Of a stretch of 64,000 bases of DNA, positions 1 to 8,860 are shown piece after piece. Under the pieces are notes generated by a model, which saw only the letters and a list, made by a program, of their open reading frames with translations, made no database searches and was not told the origin of the DNA. Source of the DNA: Terriglobia bacterium. GTDB taxonomy: Bacteria; Acidobacteriota; Terriglobia; 20CM-2-55-15. Each line of letters begins with the position of its first letter. Positions within the stretch are counted from its first letter, which is position 1. The stretch covers positions 1-64,000 of the forward strand of contig CBDCLE010000005.1 in NCBI GenBank assembly GCA_965218585.1, in the 5' to 3' direction. Position numbers and translations under genes: made by a program.

Positions 1-228
1 AACATTCTGCTTTCGCACGAAGGCAAGAAATGCCAAGGATGCGACCGGAAGTTCGACGATGAGCGATACCTGCAACTGGACCACAACACGCCACGCTCGG
101 ACGGCGGTATGAACCACCTGTCGAACCGCATCCTGCTATGTGGGCCGTGCAATCAGGCCAAGAGCAATATCTACACGCTGTCGGGGCTGCGGCGGCTCAA
201 CAAGAAGAATGGGTGGATGGCGAAATGA
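1..228 (+). CDS. HNH endonuclease domain, C-terminal part of a gene running off the window edge
   Basis: Frame 1 reads NILLSHEGKKCQGCDRKFDDERYLQLDHNTPRSDGGMNHLSNRILLCGPCNQAKSN...MAK*. This has the CxxC...DH..P...GG...N...CxxCN.K HNH signature. It is absent from the ORF track because there is no start codon in the window. Confidence 0.85.
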   Translation, partial: NILLSHEGKKCQGCDRKFDDERYLQLDHNTPRSDGGMNHLSNRILLCGPCNQAKSNIYTLSGLRRLNKKNGWMAK

Positions 229-476
229 CTGAAAAAGAGTTGAAGGAGCTTGAGAGGAAAGTAGTTGAGAAATTCAAGGTTTCGAGATCGAGTCAGGGGC
301 TGGAGTATATTGATCTAAGGCTTCAGACCAGCCTATGGGACAGCGACCCTGTTTCTGGAGGGATAACAACAATCGTGCAGCCTGCGGGTGAGTCTGAAGA
401 AACTCTAGTTTTGCATCGACTCCAAGCAGAACATCTGGCTGAGCAGTTACTGAAGACTGCCAAGGAGTCACGGTAG
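225..476 (+). CDS. Hypothetical protein (83 aa), probable IS1595 passenger
   Basis: ATGA overlap with the HNH stop (translational coupling). Starts MTEKELKELERK. Confidence 0.55.
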   Translation: MTEKELKELERKVVEKFKVSRSSQGLEYIDLRLQTSLWDSDPVSGGITTIVQPAGESEETLVLHRLQAEHLAEQLLKTAKESR

Positions 477-504
477 GAGTTTTAGACATTTTTAGGATTA
501 TGCC

Positions 505-693
505 ATGAAACCAATGCTCGATCCCAAGAGAGATTTGGCGGGCGCAACGCCTGAAACCTTGGCACGCGCCCTGTTCCGGCCCCTACGACCGCGCACCGGA
601 AGCAAGGCCGTTATCCGCGATGAGGTCACGGAGAAGAAGCCTTCGACCGACAAGACGGGCAACCGTGTCCCGCATCTGGACAAGGGTTCCTGA
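505..693 (+). CDS. Small hypothetical protein overlapping the IS1595 transposase 3' end convergently
   Basis: 62-aa ORF with a TAGGAT -10 box 6 nt before the ATG (leaderless pattern). Confidence 0.45.
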   Translation: MKPMLDPKRDLAGATPETLARALFRPLRPRTGSKAVIRDEVTEKKPSTDKTGNRVPHLDKGS

Positions 694-1554
694 CTCGCGG
701 ATGTTGTGCTTTCCGGCAAACTCCTGGACATAGCGGTCCAGGTGCTTCGGGCTGATCTTATGGAACGTTCCCTTATGGGCACGTTTCAGCATGGACCAGA
801 AGCTCTCGATCCCGTTGGTATGGGCCATCCCGTTGACGTACTCGCCTACGGAGTGCTTCACGCTCTGATGCTGGAAGGGAAGGCCCTCGTAGGCTCCGGC
901 GTCATCGGTGTAGACGGTCGCGCCCTCGCCGGCATGATCCATGACGAAGCCTTGCAGCGTTTCAGCGTCGGTACTCCGTACCACCTGGACCGCAACTTTC
1001 TTCGTCGCTCTGTCTTTGATCCCGACAACCGCCGTCTTCCCGACCGATCCCCGCCCGGTAAGAGCTTCGCGCTTCGACTTGGACATGTTCCGGCGCTTCC
1101 CGCCAATGTAGGTTTCGTCCACTTCGACCGGGCCGGAGTAATCGCCGTCACCTTTGTTCCCCGCCCACGCCTCACGGATGCGATGCAGCATGAACCAGGC
1201 GGTAGGCTGCGACACTCCAATGTCCCTGCCGAGTTTCATGCTGGCAATGCTCTTGAGGCTGGTGAGGCAAAGGTAGATAGCAATGGCCCACTTGCGAAGG
1301 GGAACCTTGGAGTTCGCCATCGGCGTCCCTGTCCGAACGCTGAAGTAGCTCCGGCAGTCCGAGCACCAGTAAGGCATGTACTTGTGGCTGGCTTCTTTCG
1401 TACGGACGCTCCCGCAATGTCCGCAGCACCGCTCACGAGTCCACAGAACGGACTCAAACCACATGGTAGCCGCTTCCTCAGTCGGGAACATTTCCATGAG
1501 CTGCATGAGGGTTAGACCCTTGCGGTAGGATTTTCCGGGTGCGCTGTAAGCCAT
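583..1554 (-). CDS. IS1595 family transposase
   Basis: N-terminal Zn ribbon (CCGHC...CSDC), HTH, and DDE motifs VEVDETYIGG, VYTDD, HTNGIESFW. Confidence 0.95.
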   Translation of the reverse strand: MAYSAPGKSYRKGLTLMQLMEMFPTEEAATMWFESVLWTRERCCGHCGSVRTKEASHKYMPYWCSDCRSYFSVRTGTPMANSKVPLRKWAIAIYLCLTSLKSIASMKLGRDIGVSQPTAWFMLHRIREAWAGNKGDGDYSGPVEVDETYIGGKRRNMSKSKREALTGRGSVGKTAVVGIKDRATKKVAVQVVRSTDAETLQGFVMDHAGEGATVYTDDAGAYEGLPFQHQSVKHSVGEYVNGMAHTNGIESFWSMLKRAHKGTFHKISPKHLDRYVQEFAGKHNIRESGTLVQMRDTVARLVGRRLLLRDLIADNGLASGARS

Positions 1555-1627
1555 CGGGGAACCTCCTGAAGTATGAGAAGATTCTACCTGACAGCACCGG
1601 TCTTGTCAACGTTTGTTTATAATCCCC

Positions 1628-1770
1628 AAATCAACACTCCCATTTAAGAGACCGGAGATACGGGTGCAGTCGACCTGCCACTCAACTCGAAACACCAGTT
1701 AGCTTGCTGAACAACAATCCATTAGGACGGAGGACAGGAGAACTGCGCCTACTTGACAGAGGAGTCCAGA
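1628..1770 (+). mobile_element. Remnant of an IS1111-type right end (non-coding tail plus sub-terminal IR)
   Basis: ACCGGAGATACGGGTGCAG motif followed by CTTGACAGAGGAGTCCA (-35 box plus IR-like GGAGTCCA), as in IS1111-group right ends. Truncated on the left by IS1595. Confidence 0.5.
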
Positions 1771-2189
1771 TACAGGACTTGACCCGTTAGAGCAATCCGT
1801 TGAATCATTTGTGCAGATGGGCAGGCGTCGTACAACCTGTCGCTCCCTTGTAGGGGGCTCCTTCGGATACGTCCAATTGCGAGGGTTCAGTGGGTTGGTA
1901 GGTGCAGACTTCGCACGATGGCCTGGTATCGCGGCTCATCGCGGAGGGGATCATTCAACGGAAGCTGAATGAAGGGGCTGTGAGGGTCGTACTGCTCTAC
2001 GCCACGTTCGTACTAATCGAGCGCTTCGACCTTTTTCCCAGCACAAACATAGAGACTGGCGATGTCAAAGGGCGAGTAGTACGCTATAAGGAAGGACGCC
2101 CCTTTGTCGGCTGTTGCCAGGAGGAAAATCTCCCGACAACAACCCATTCAACGTAGCTGCGTTGAATTCAAAGACAAAGGAGCACGTAA

Positions 2190-3251
2190 ATGAAACAGGC
2201 CAAGTATATCGGCATGGATGTGCACCAGGCAACGACGGTGGTGATGGTCTTAAACGCAGACGGCAAACTGGTCTGGGAAAAGATCGTAGAGACCCAGGCC
2301 GGGCCAATCATTGATTTGCTGGAGAGTCTGAGTGGTGAGCTGCACGTGACGTTTGAAGAAACCACGCAGGCCGAATGGCTCTACAACGTGGTCCGGGGAT
2401 ATGTGAGCGAAGTGATCGTGTGTGATCCCAGACGGAACAAACTGCTCAGTGACGGGTCCAAGACCGACCGGGTGGATGCCCTGAAACTGGCCGAGCTGCT
2501 CCGGGCCGGATGGCTGCGGTCGGTCTACCACGGGCACGATGCGACGCGGACGTTGAAAGAACTGGTCCGCGGATATGAGACCTTGACCCTGGATACGCAG
2601 CGGACGATGGTTCGGATCAAGGCAATGTATCGAGGACGTGGGATCCGGACGCCGGGCCACGGCGTCTACCTCCCATCGCAGCGGGAACACTGGATCGAAC
2701 AGCTCGCCAATACCGGTGCACGGCGGCGTACCGGATGGTTGTATGAGGAGCTGGATCATCTGAGAGGGTTAAGAAAAAAAGCGAAGCTGGCGATGTTAAC
2801 CGAGAGCCGCAAGCATCGTGCGGTGGGGATATTGCAGACGATTCCCCAGTTGGGACCGATACGTTGCGCCTTGATTGTAGCGACGGGGGACACCCCGCAT
2901 CGATTTCGAACCAAACGCCAGCTCTGGAACTACAGCGGTCTGGCCGTGGCAATGCACATGAGTGCGGAGTATGAGCAGGAAGGGAGTCGTGTGGTACGTC
3001 GTCGAAAGCCGATCGCCACGCGGGGACTGAACCGCAACGGCAACCGACGTTTGAAAGATGTGTTCATCGGGGCGGCGACCGGAGGCATGGGGGCCGAACC
3101 TTGGAAAAGCTACCTGGAGGGGCTCCAGAAAGACGGCAAGCGTAAGGAGATGGCTCGGCTGACACTGGCGAGGAAGATTGCAGCGACCGCACTGAAGATG
3201 TGGAAGAAAGGAGACACGTTTAACGCAAAGAAACTGAACTTGGCGACATAG
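2190..3251 (+). CDS. IS110 family DEDD recombinase/transposase
   Basis: IGMDVH...E...D...KTDRVDA RuvC-like DEDD domain; TIPQLGP and YSGL..HMS in the C-terminal domain; RBS AAAGGAG. Confidence 0.95.
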   Translation: MKQAKYIGMDVHQATTVVMVLNADGKLVWEKIVETQAGPIIDLLESLSGELHVTFEETTQAEWLYNVVRGYVSEVIVCDPRRNKLLSDGSKTDRVDALKLAELLRAGWLRSVYHGHDATRTLKELVRGYETLTLDTQRTMVRIKAMYRGRGIRTPGHGVYLPSQREHWIEQLANTGARRRTGWLYEELDHLRGLRKKAKLAMLTESRKHRAVGILQTIPQLGPIRCALIVATGDTPHRFRTKRQLWNYSGLAVAMHMSAEYEQEGSRVVRRRKPIATRGLNRNGNRRLKDVFIGAATGGMGAEPWKSYLEGLQKDGKRKEMARLTLARKIAATALKMWKKGDTFNAKKLNLAT

Positions 3252-3617
3252 CCGTTTCCAGACTTCTGCCGACAGCGCGAGGCATTCGACCGCTCGTCGT
3301 CGGTGAGGCGTCGGAACGGTAGGGTCGAGGGTGAGGATCCGATACGCGGTTGGCACACAGCGCTTGCTGAAGGCCCATGTAATACTCTATCCCCCCTCGC
3401 ACGACCTGGAAAAGCGATAGCCCTCGAGGCTCAGATAGAACCGTGGTCGGCAATCACGACCCCTTTGCGCTTTTCAGTTTCTCGAAACCACACCACGTTG
3501 TGATGAGTGATCGACTTCTCTGCGATGCCGGATCAACAGTTCGTCTCAACGGAGACAGGGGCTGGCTGCCACGACAGTGTTGGGTACGGTGGTCCGCTCG
3601 GCGGGGACGTGTTTCTC
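3252..3617 (+). ncRNA. Putative seekRNA/bridge RNA region of the IS1111 element
   Basis: Long non-coding region downstream of the recombinase. It contains TAGAACCG (3436-3443), identical to the core plus right flank of the insertion site. RNA boundaries unknown. Confidence 0.6.
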
Positions 3618-5713
3618 TTGACAGCCCCTTCCATAGAACCGCGTGCGTGCTCGAGACGAGAGCAGGTCTGCCGCCTGGCAGAGTGAGTCAGCGTAGTCGG
3701 TGCCCCGGTCCAAGGCGGCCATGACTTCATTGTCGCCGAGTTTGGCATACCCAGCCCGCTGCGTGGCAAGCGCCTCGGCAAACCGCCCCATCACGTGAAA
3801 CGTCCACGACAGTCCCTGCCGGATGACAGGATTACCGATGCCCGTGCGCTGCGCTACCTGAAACTCGGCGATCGCCTTCTCGTACTGGCGCACGTAAAAC
3901 AATACGGCGCCGTAGAACGAACGAAACTGCTCGTTCTGCGGATCCAGCTCGAGTGCCAGCTCCATCTGACGAACGGCCTCCTGCGTTCGGTTCACGACCA
4001 TCAGGTGATGCGAATGGTGCGCTCGCGCCTGAGGGAAATTAGGACGCAGCGAAAGTGCGTGTTCCATCGCTTCTATTGCACCGTACCAGTCCCGCTCCAC
4101 CGTAAATCGACTCAGCGCCAGGATGTACTGGACTTCCGGGAGCCTGTCGTTTGCCTCAACCGCCCTCAAAGTGGCTTCCCTCACCCGTGGCCCCGCCTCC
4201 GAAGGAGCACAGAAACCCATCTGCTGGCGCGCCACCCACACGGCCGCAATGCCGGCGTAGCCCAGCGCCGGCTCCTTCCGCCGGGCTCGCTCGAAATACT
4301 CCAGCGCCAGATCCAGTTCTGGCGGAGTCAGTCTGCTCCAATGAAACTGCCCTCGCTGGTAGGCCTCGTAGGCCTCCGGATCGACCCGGCGCGCGCTAGC
4401 CAACTGATCCTGTTCTTCAGGGGACAGCTGGACGTGGATTTGCTCGGCGATCGCCTGCGTCACCTCGCCCTGCACGATGAGCACATCGGCCAGGTCTCGG
4501 ATATAGGTATCTCCCCAGATAATTTCTTCTGTTCGCGCATCGATCAGCTGTACCGACAGACGCAGTCGATCACCCAAGCGACCAGCGGAACCCTCGATGA
4601 GCGCCCCCACTCCCAGTTCCCGCGCGATCTGGGGAATCGCCTTATCACTGTTCCGGTATCGCGCAGCCGAGGTGCGGGAGATCACCTTCAGCGCCCGGAT
4701 CTTGGCAAGCTCGGTGAGGAGGCTCTCGATCATCCCTTCTGAGAAATACTCCTGGTCGGGATCACCCGAGGCGTTCGCCAGTGGCAACACCGCGATCGAC
4801 GGACGAGAGGCCAATCTGGCCTCACTGCGGATAGCCGGCTGACCAGCTGCGATTCGATCAATTTCGCCATCGGCTTCACTGATGCTCGGGAGCCTGCGCT
4901 CCGGATCTTTTACCAGACACTGGCGCAGTAAGTCCTGAAACCGATCCGGAGTCGATGGCGGCAGAACCTCCCAATCGGGCTCCCTTTCTAAAATCGCAGC
5001 GAACGTCTCGGGTACGGTCTTACCCGCAAATGGCTGTCGGCCCGAGAGCAATTCGTAGAGAACGCAGCCAAACGCCCATACGTCGGTGCGCCCGTCGAAG
5101 GTCTCGCCGCGAGCCCGCTCCGGGCTCATGTAGGCCGGCGTGCCCAGAATCTGCCCGGCTTCGGTCGCGACAGTCAGCGTCTCTATCTGGGACAGATCGA
5201 TCTCCTGCCCACTCAACACGTTCTTTGCGAGACCGAAGTCTAGAACCTTGATCCGGCCTTCGGGCGTGATCTTGATGTTGGCGGGCTTGATGTCTCGGTG
5301 CGTGATCCCCCGGGCGTGCGCCGACTCCAATGCCTGGGCCACCTGCCGGCCGATTCCGAGAACCTCATCCACTGGAAACGGGCCGCTTCGATCCAGCCTC
5401 TCGGCTAGGGTTTCTCCCTCAACCATTTCCAACACGAGGTAACTGCGATCTCCATCCTCCTCCAGGCCGTAGATGGCTGCTATGTTGGGATGGTTCAACG
5501 ACGCGAGGAGTTTCGCTTCACGCTCAAACCGTGCGAGACGATCCGCATCTTTAGCGAACTCTTCGGGTAGGGTTTTGATCGCAACTTCCCGCCCGAGCTT
5601 CGTGTCTCTGGCACGCCACACCTCCCCCATCCCACCCTTTCCCAGGAGACTGAGAATTTCGTAGTGGCCGAGTTTGGTGCCGGATTCCATGTTCAAAGTG
5701 TGTCGTTGAAAAA

Positions 5714-5809
5714 ACCGAGAAAAACTCGGTAAAAGGTACTAGAGGTGGGTGTTAGGTGCTATTAAATTCTCAGGTCCTGTATAAACGACCTTGTCGGACG
5801 TTGAGAATT
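5714..5809. repeat. Conserved ~95-bp element, copy A
   Basis: ACCGAG-AAAAA-CTCGGT palindrome, CTAG-N9-TTAG, and AATTCTCA-gGTCC..GGACgt-TGAGAATT hairpin. Homologous to 7648-7716 and 56625-56718. Confidence 0.9.
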
Positions 5810-6203
5810 GGCGAGGCCTGTATCTCGCAGCATTCTATTGAAACAAAAGGAGATATGACACGCTGGAGGCGCATCGAGCAACTGCAAGCTGAAGTAGCGT
5901 GGTGACAGGAGTCAACGGCTGTTGCGATTCGGGTCCGCTCACCCCAACTATTTAAATGCACCTCAGACCCGCCAACAGCTTCCTCTCCGGTCTTCGGGCC
6001 GGAGGGGGAGTGGCGGGGAAGAGTCAGAAGAAAAGGGCGACGGGCTCCTGTGCGGTTCAGCTGGATTATCTCGGGTGATCTTGTTCCCAACTCAGCCGCA
6101 GTTCGACTGCTTCTCTGATCTGGTCAGGGGTCATCTTCTCTGAAGACATTCGCCCAAGCCCTAGAGCGCTTGTTCGGTCGTCAGCAATAGAGTGACAGAA
6201 TCT

Positions 6204-7040
6204 TCACTGGCCTTCGTACTTGTCTACGATCAATTCGAGTTCGGCGTGTGCCACCTCGACATTGCATGGATTGGGTTCGTACGGCAGGCCGAAGACGCCG
6301 ATTTCGGACTGATCGATTTTCTCAAGCTGCAGGGTCCATGTGAACGGCTCTCTCAGGAAGAGAGGGTCTTCGTGCGTCACGGTCAGCATCATCGTGTCGG
6401 GCCCTGTGGATTTGTAGCGCTCGGTGATCTTCTTTCGCACGGAGCTGGGAAGATGGAGATGATCATCAAGACCGTCTGGATCGAACGTGAAGTTCGTCGT
6501 CACGATGACGAGTTCGTCGCCCTCGTAATGGCCGATCGACTCTCCCATATACGAAACGCGAGTGTATCCGCTACTGTGCTGTCGCCCGTCCATATGAACG
6601 ACGCGCACGTAGTCGTTGTCCCAATGGCGTTGGATATGGATTGTGTTCTCCGACGGCAACCGGATCTCGAAAGGATCTTCTAACGCGCTCGGCAGCGGAG
6701 TTGCCAGGCAATCCCATTTTCCCGACAAACGCTCGTCGGTAATGCCGGCGAACTCCATCCAGGCTATTGCTCTTGGGTGCAGGTACGGTTTCAGCCTGTC
6801 GAGTGGAATCGAACACCTACCCGCACCGCCATGTTCCGGACCGCAGGAAGTTGCCTGGCTGAAGTCGCGACCGGCCGGGGCAACATCCCACAGCCCCCTG
6901 AATGGCCAGCCAAGTTCGGTACTCGACACGCCCTGGGCCTGAAGATCGAGTGCACCAGCGAGCACAGTTCCCATCATGAAACTGATAGCGACGGTCACCT
7001 TCCAGGCTCCAAGAGTTGCTCTATCCTTTCCGATAAACAT
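6204..7040 (-). CDS. Secreted hypothetical protein (type found next to DUF6152 genes)
   Basis: Signal-peptide-like N-terminus; motifs RVVHMDGR, MGESIGHYEGDELVIVTTNF, TERY, DPLFL; RBS AAGGAG. Confidence 0.8.
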   Translation of the reverse strand: MFIGKDRATLGAWKVTVAISFMMGTVLAGALDLQAQGVSSTELGWPFRGLWDVAPAGRDFSQATSCGPEHGGAGRCSIPLDRLKPYLHPRAIAWMEFAGITDERLSGKWDCLATPLPSALEDPFEIRLPSENTIHIQRHWDNDYVRVVHMDGRQHSSGYTRVSYMGESIGHYEGDELVIVTTNFTFDPDGLDDHLHLPSSVRKKITERYKSTGPDTMMLTVTHEDPLFLREPFTWTLQLEKIDQSEIGVFGLPYEPNPCNVEVAHAELELIVDKYEGQ

Positions 7041-7173
7041 CGTTTTTTGACTCCTTGCGTTTTCGAAGTTGTCGTGGGTTTCCTGCTGAGTTGTCCGGCA
7101 CTTCCCGATTCGCTACATTCTTGGCGCAAAACCTTGCTTCAAGAAGAAGCAAGACGTCCTCAGGTGACGGAAC

Positions 7174-7566
7174 CTAGTCGATCTTGGTTGGAGTGAGGAT
7201 TCTACCGTCGGGCAGCGTGAATGCTTCGATAAGAATGCCCTTCGCACCCGCTTTTTTGGGAGACGCTCCTGACACCGTGACCTTGGTGTCGACCTCCAGA
7301 GTGTCGGACCTCCAGTTGGCCCTGAACATTTCTGTCCCGGACGCTGTCACTCCCGTCCATTCAGTCTTCTCGCCGTTGGGCTCGGTGACTTCAATGATGA
7401 ACAGTGAATGCGGGTTGATGATGTTTACTTTCTTGACCACGCCGGTGATCTGAATCGTCTGATCCTGGTTCCAAAATGCCGGAAGTGAATGGTGTGCCTG
7501 GACTGGGATGCTCGACATGAGCAGTACAGCCACCAGCACCACTGAAACCCTGATGGAAACTCTCAT
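7174..7566 (-). CDS. DUF6152 family secreted protein
   Basis: Signal peptide then AHHS, GVV..V.IINPHS; AGGAGG RBS before the ATG at 7566. Confidence 0.8.
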   Translation of the reverse strand: MRVSIRVSVVLVAVLLMSSIPVQAHHSLPAFWNQDQTIQITGVVKKVNIINPHSLFIIEVTEPNGEKTEWTGVTASGTEMFRANWRSDTLEVDTKVTVSGASPKKAGAKGILIEAFTLPDGRILTPTKID

Positions 7567-7647
7567 ATGCCTCCTATTGGGCAGACACGATCGTGTAGTG
7601 GCCAAGCTGGGAGCCGGACTGCATCGTTTTACCGTCTACCGTACCGA

Positions 7648-7716
7648 ACCGTGAAAACTCGGTAAAGAATACTAAGGGGGGTGGTTAGGCGCTATTAAAT
7701 TCTCAAGTCCTGACAA
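7648..7716. repeat. Conserved element, copy B (right arm truncated)
   Basis: ACCGTGAAAACTCGGTAAAGAATACTAA-GGGGGGTGG-TTAGGCGCTATTAAATTCTCAAGTCCTG, near-identical to copy C outside the spacer. Confidence 0.9.
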
Positions 7717-7741
7717 ACGCTATAAAGGAAGGACGCCCCTT
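7717..7741 (+). mobile_element. Isolated IS1111 left-end remnant
   Basis: ACGCTATAAAGGAAGGACGCCCCTT matches the left end of the intact element (ACGCTATAAGGAAGGACGCCCCTT, 2081-2104) with one extra A. Confidence 0.75.
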
Positions 7742-7814
7742 GGCTGGACAGGTCGTTGAAAATAAATCACATTGGCAATTCCGGCTTCGACCCGGCCAAC
7801 GATAACGGGTCGAG

Positions 7815-7980
7815 GCCCAGGAGGCGATTGACGCCACGGTCGACGCCCTTGGCGCTGCCCAGCGTATTCAGTCCGTACAAAACATCACTATGCTGGGCTA
7901 TGGACAGTATGCGTATCAGAACGGCGGCGGAACATTGCCCCCCCCGGATGTGCTGCTCAGGATTATCGCGGCCAACAACC
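7815..7980 (+). pseudogene. Degraded fragment of a gene
   Basis: Protein-like pieces AIDATVDALGAAQRIQSVQNITMLGYGQYAYQNGGG and IIAANNLRRVYDLEHGRY, without an intact ORF. Confidence 0.4.
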
Positions 7981-8150
7981 TCCGACGCGTCTATGATCTC
8001 GAGCACGGGCGTTACTAATATCGTTTACGATTCGATTGGTGCGGCGTGGTTTGAATTGACACCTCAGCCGCGATCATGCTCTTATCGAAAACTTACCGTC
8101 AGCTGGAATATTTTGGAATCACCAATCGTTTCACAAGAAGGAGAATCGAC

Positions 8151-8768
8151 ATGAGTAGAGTGGTGCCTGTTTTAGGCGTGATTTGCATTGGCCTGCTGGT
8201 TTCAACGCCGGCCCTGGCCCAAGGTGACCCGATGACCTTTTTCGTTGCGAGTACGGGCTCCGGCGAAGGAGCCGATCTGGGAGGTTTGGATGGAGCCGAC
8301 GCGCTCTGCCAGAGTCTGGCCGAGGGAGCGGGAGCGGGCGACCGTACGTGGCGTGCCTACCTCAGCACGCAGGGCGCGAACGCAGTCAATGCGCGCGATC
8401 GCATCGGTGATGGCCCATGGCATAACGCCCAGGGCAGCCTCATCGGTAATAGCGTCGGTGAGCTCCACGGTATGGGACATCGGTTTACCGTCGCGACAAT
8501 GCTCGACGAACGAGGCAGAAGAATTCCCGGCAGCGGATACGTGCCGAACCGTCATGACGTCCTGACCGGTTCGCAGGCCGACGGTACGGCCTATCCGGCC
8601 GGTGAAGACATGACCTGCGGCAACTGGATGAGCAGCAGCGACGGAAAAGCCAGGATCGGCCATCATGACCGCGCCGCCTGGAATTCTGCCCATGACACGC
8701 GTGGTTGCAGCCAGGATCAGCTCCGCTCTTCCGGTGGCGACGGCCTGTTCTACTGTTTTGCCCAGTAG
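8151..8768 (+). CDS. Secreted lectin/endostatin-like protein
   Basis: Signal peptide; FF.S.G..G.DLGGLDGADALCQ, WRAYLS, ARDRIG.GPW, C.NW, LFYCFA; RBS AAGGAG. Confidence 0.8.
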   Translation: MSRVVPVLGVICIGLLVSTPALAQGDPMTFFVASTGSGEGADLGGLDGADALCQSLAEGAGAGDRTWRAYLSTQGANAVNARDRIGDGPWHNAQGSLIGNSVGELHGMGHRFTVATMLDERGRRIPGSGYVPNRHDVLTGSQADGTAYPAGEDMTCGNWMSSSDGKARIGHHDRAAWNSAHDTRGCSQDQLRSSGGDGLFYCFAQ

Positions 8769-8860
8769 AGTTGACGCTAGCAACACTGGAACGCCGGTGC
8801 CCAAACCAAGGCACCGGCGTCCGTTCCTTAGTTTTCGAGCCGGCAGGTAGGGCCGCTCGG

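Larger units (their letters stand above)
1..1627 (-). mobile_element. IS1595 element with passenger genes; other end outside the window
   Basis: Terminus GGGGATTATAAAC on the minus strand at 1627 resembles the second IS1595 end GGTGATTATATAC at 53209. Inclusion of the passenger genes is inferred. Confidence 0.6.
2077..3636 (+). mobile_element. IS110-family (IS1111 group) element, apparently complete
   Basis: TAG core at both ends (2077-2079, 3634-3636). Sub-terminal IRs CTATAAGGAAGG and CCTTCCATAG. About 380-nt 3' non-coding region. Excision restores the kinase frame. Confidence 0.9.
1887..5690 (-). pseudogene. Ser/Thr protein kinase with TolB-N-like and TPR domains, interrupted by IS110/IS1111
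   Basis: Kinase motifs LGKGGMGEV, VAIK, HRDIKPAN, DFG, then SIAVLPL and TPRs. Removing the IS rejoins RTRF-YSPFDIASLY...DPLRDEPRYQAIVRSLHLPTH* in frame. There is an extra TAG at 2013-2015 where Trp is expected. Confidence 0.9.

Noticed and set aside
706-1515. Long antisense ORFs such as 706-1515, 3795-4742, 16341-17342, 41587-42564 and 54145-55044
   Set aside because: Shadow frames opposite well-supported genes in GC-rich DNA, with no recognisable motifs.
3546-3633. C-terminal tail GRGCQEKHVP... of the 716-aa kinase ORF
   Set aside because: It is read-through into the IS1111 right end. The true C-terminus lies at 1887-2078.
6066-6160. Sel1-repeat-protein-like C-terminal remnant (MTPDQIREAVELRLSW) on the minus strand
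   Set aside because: Under 35 codons and similarity judged only from memory.
5714-7716. Classical integron attC array
   Set aside because: GTTRRRY is present, but no complementary RYYYAAC with attC hairpin geometry and no intI gene were seen. Kept only as an unexplained element.
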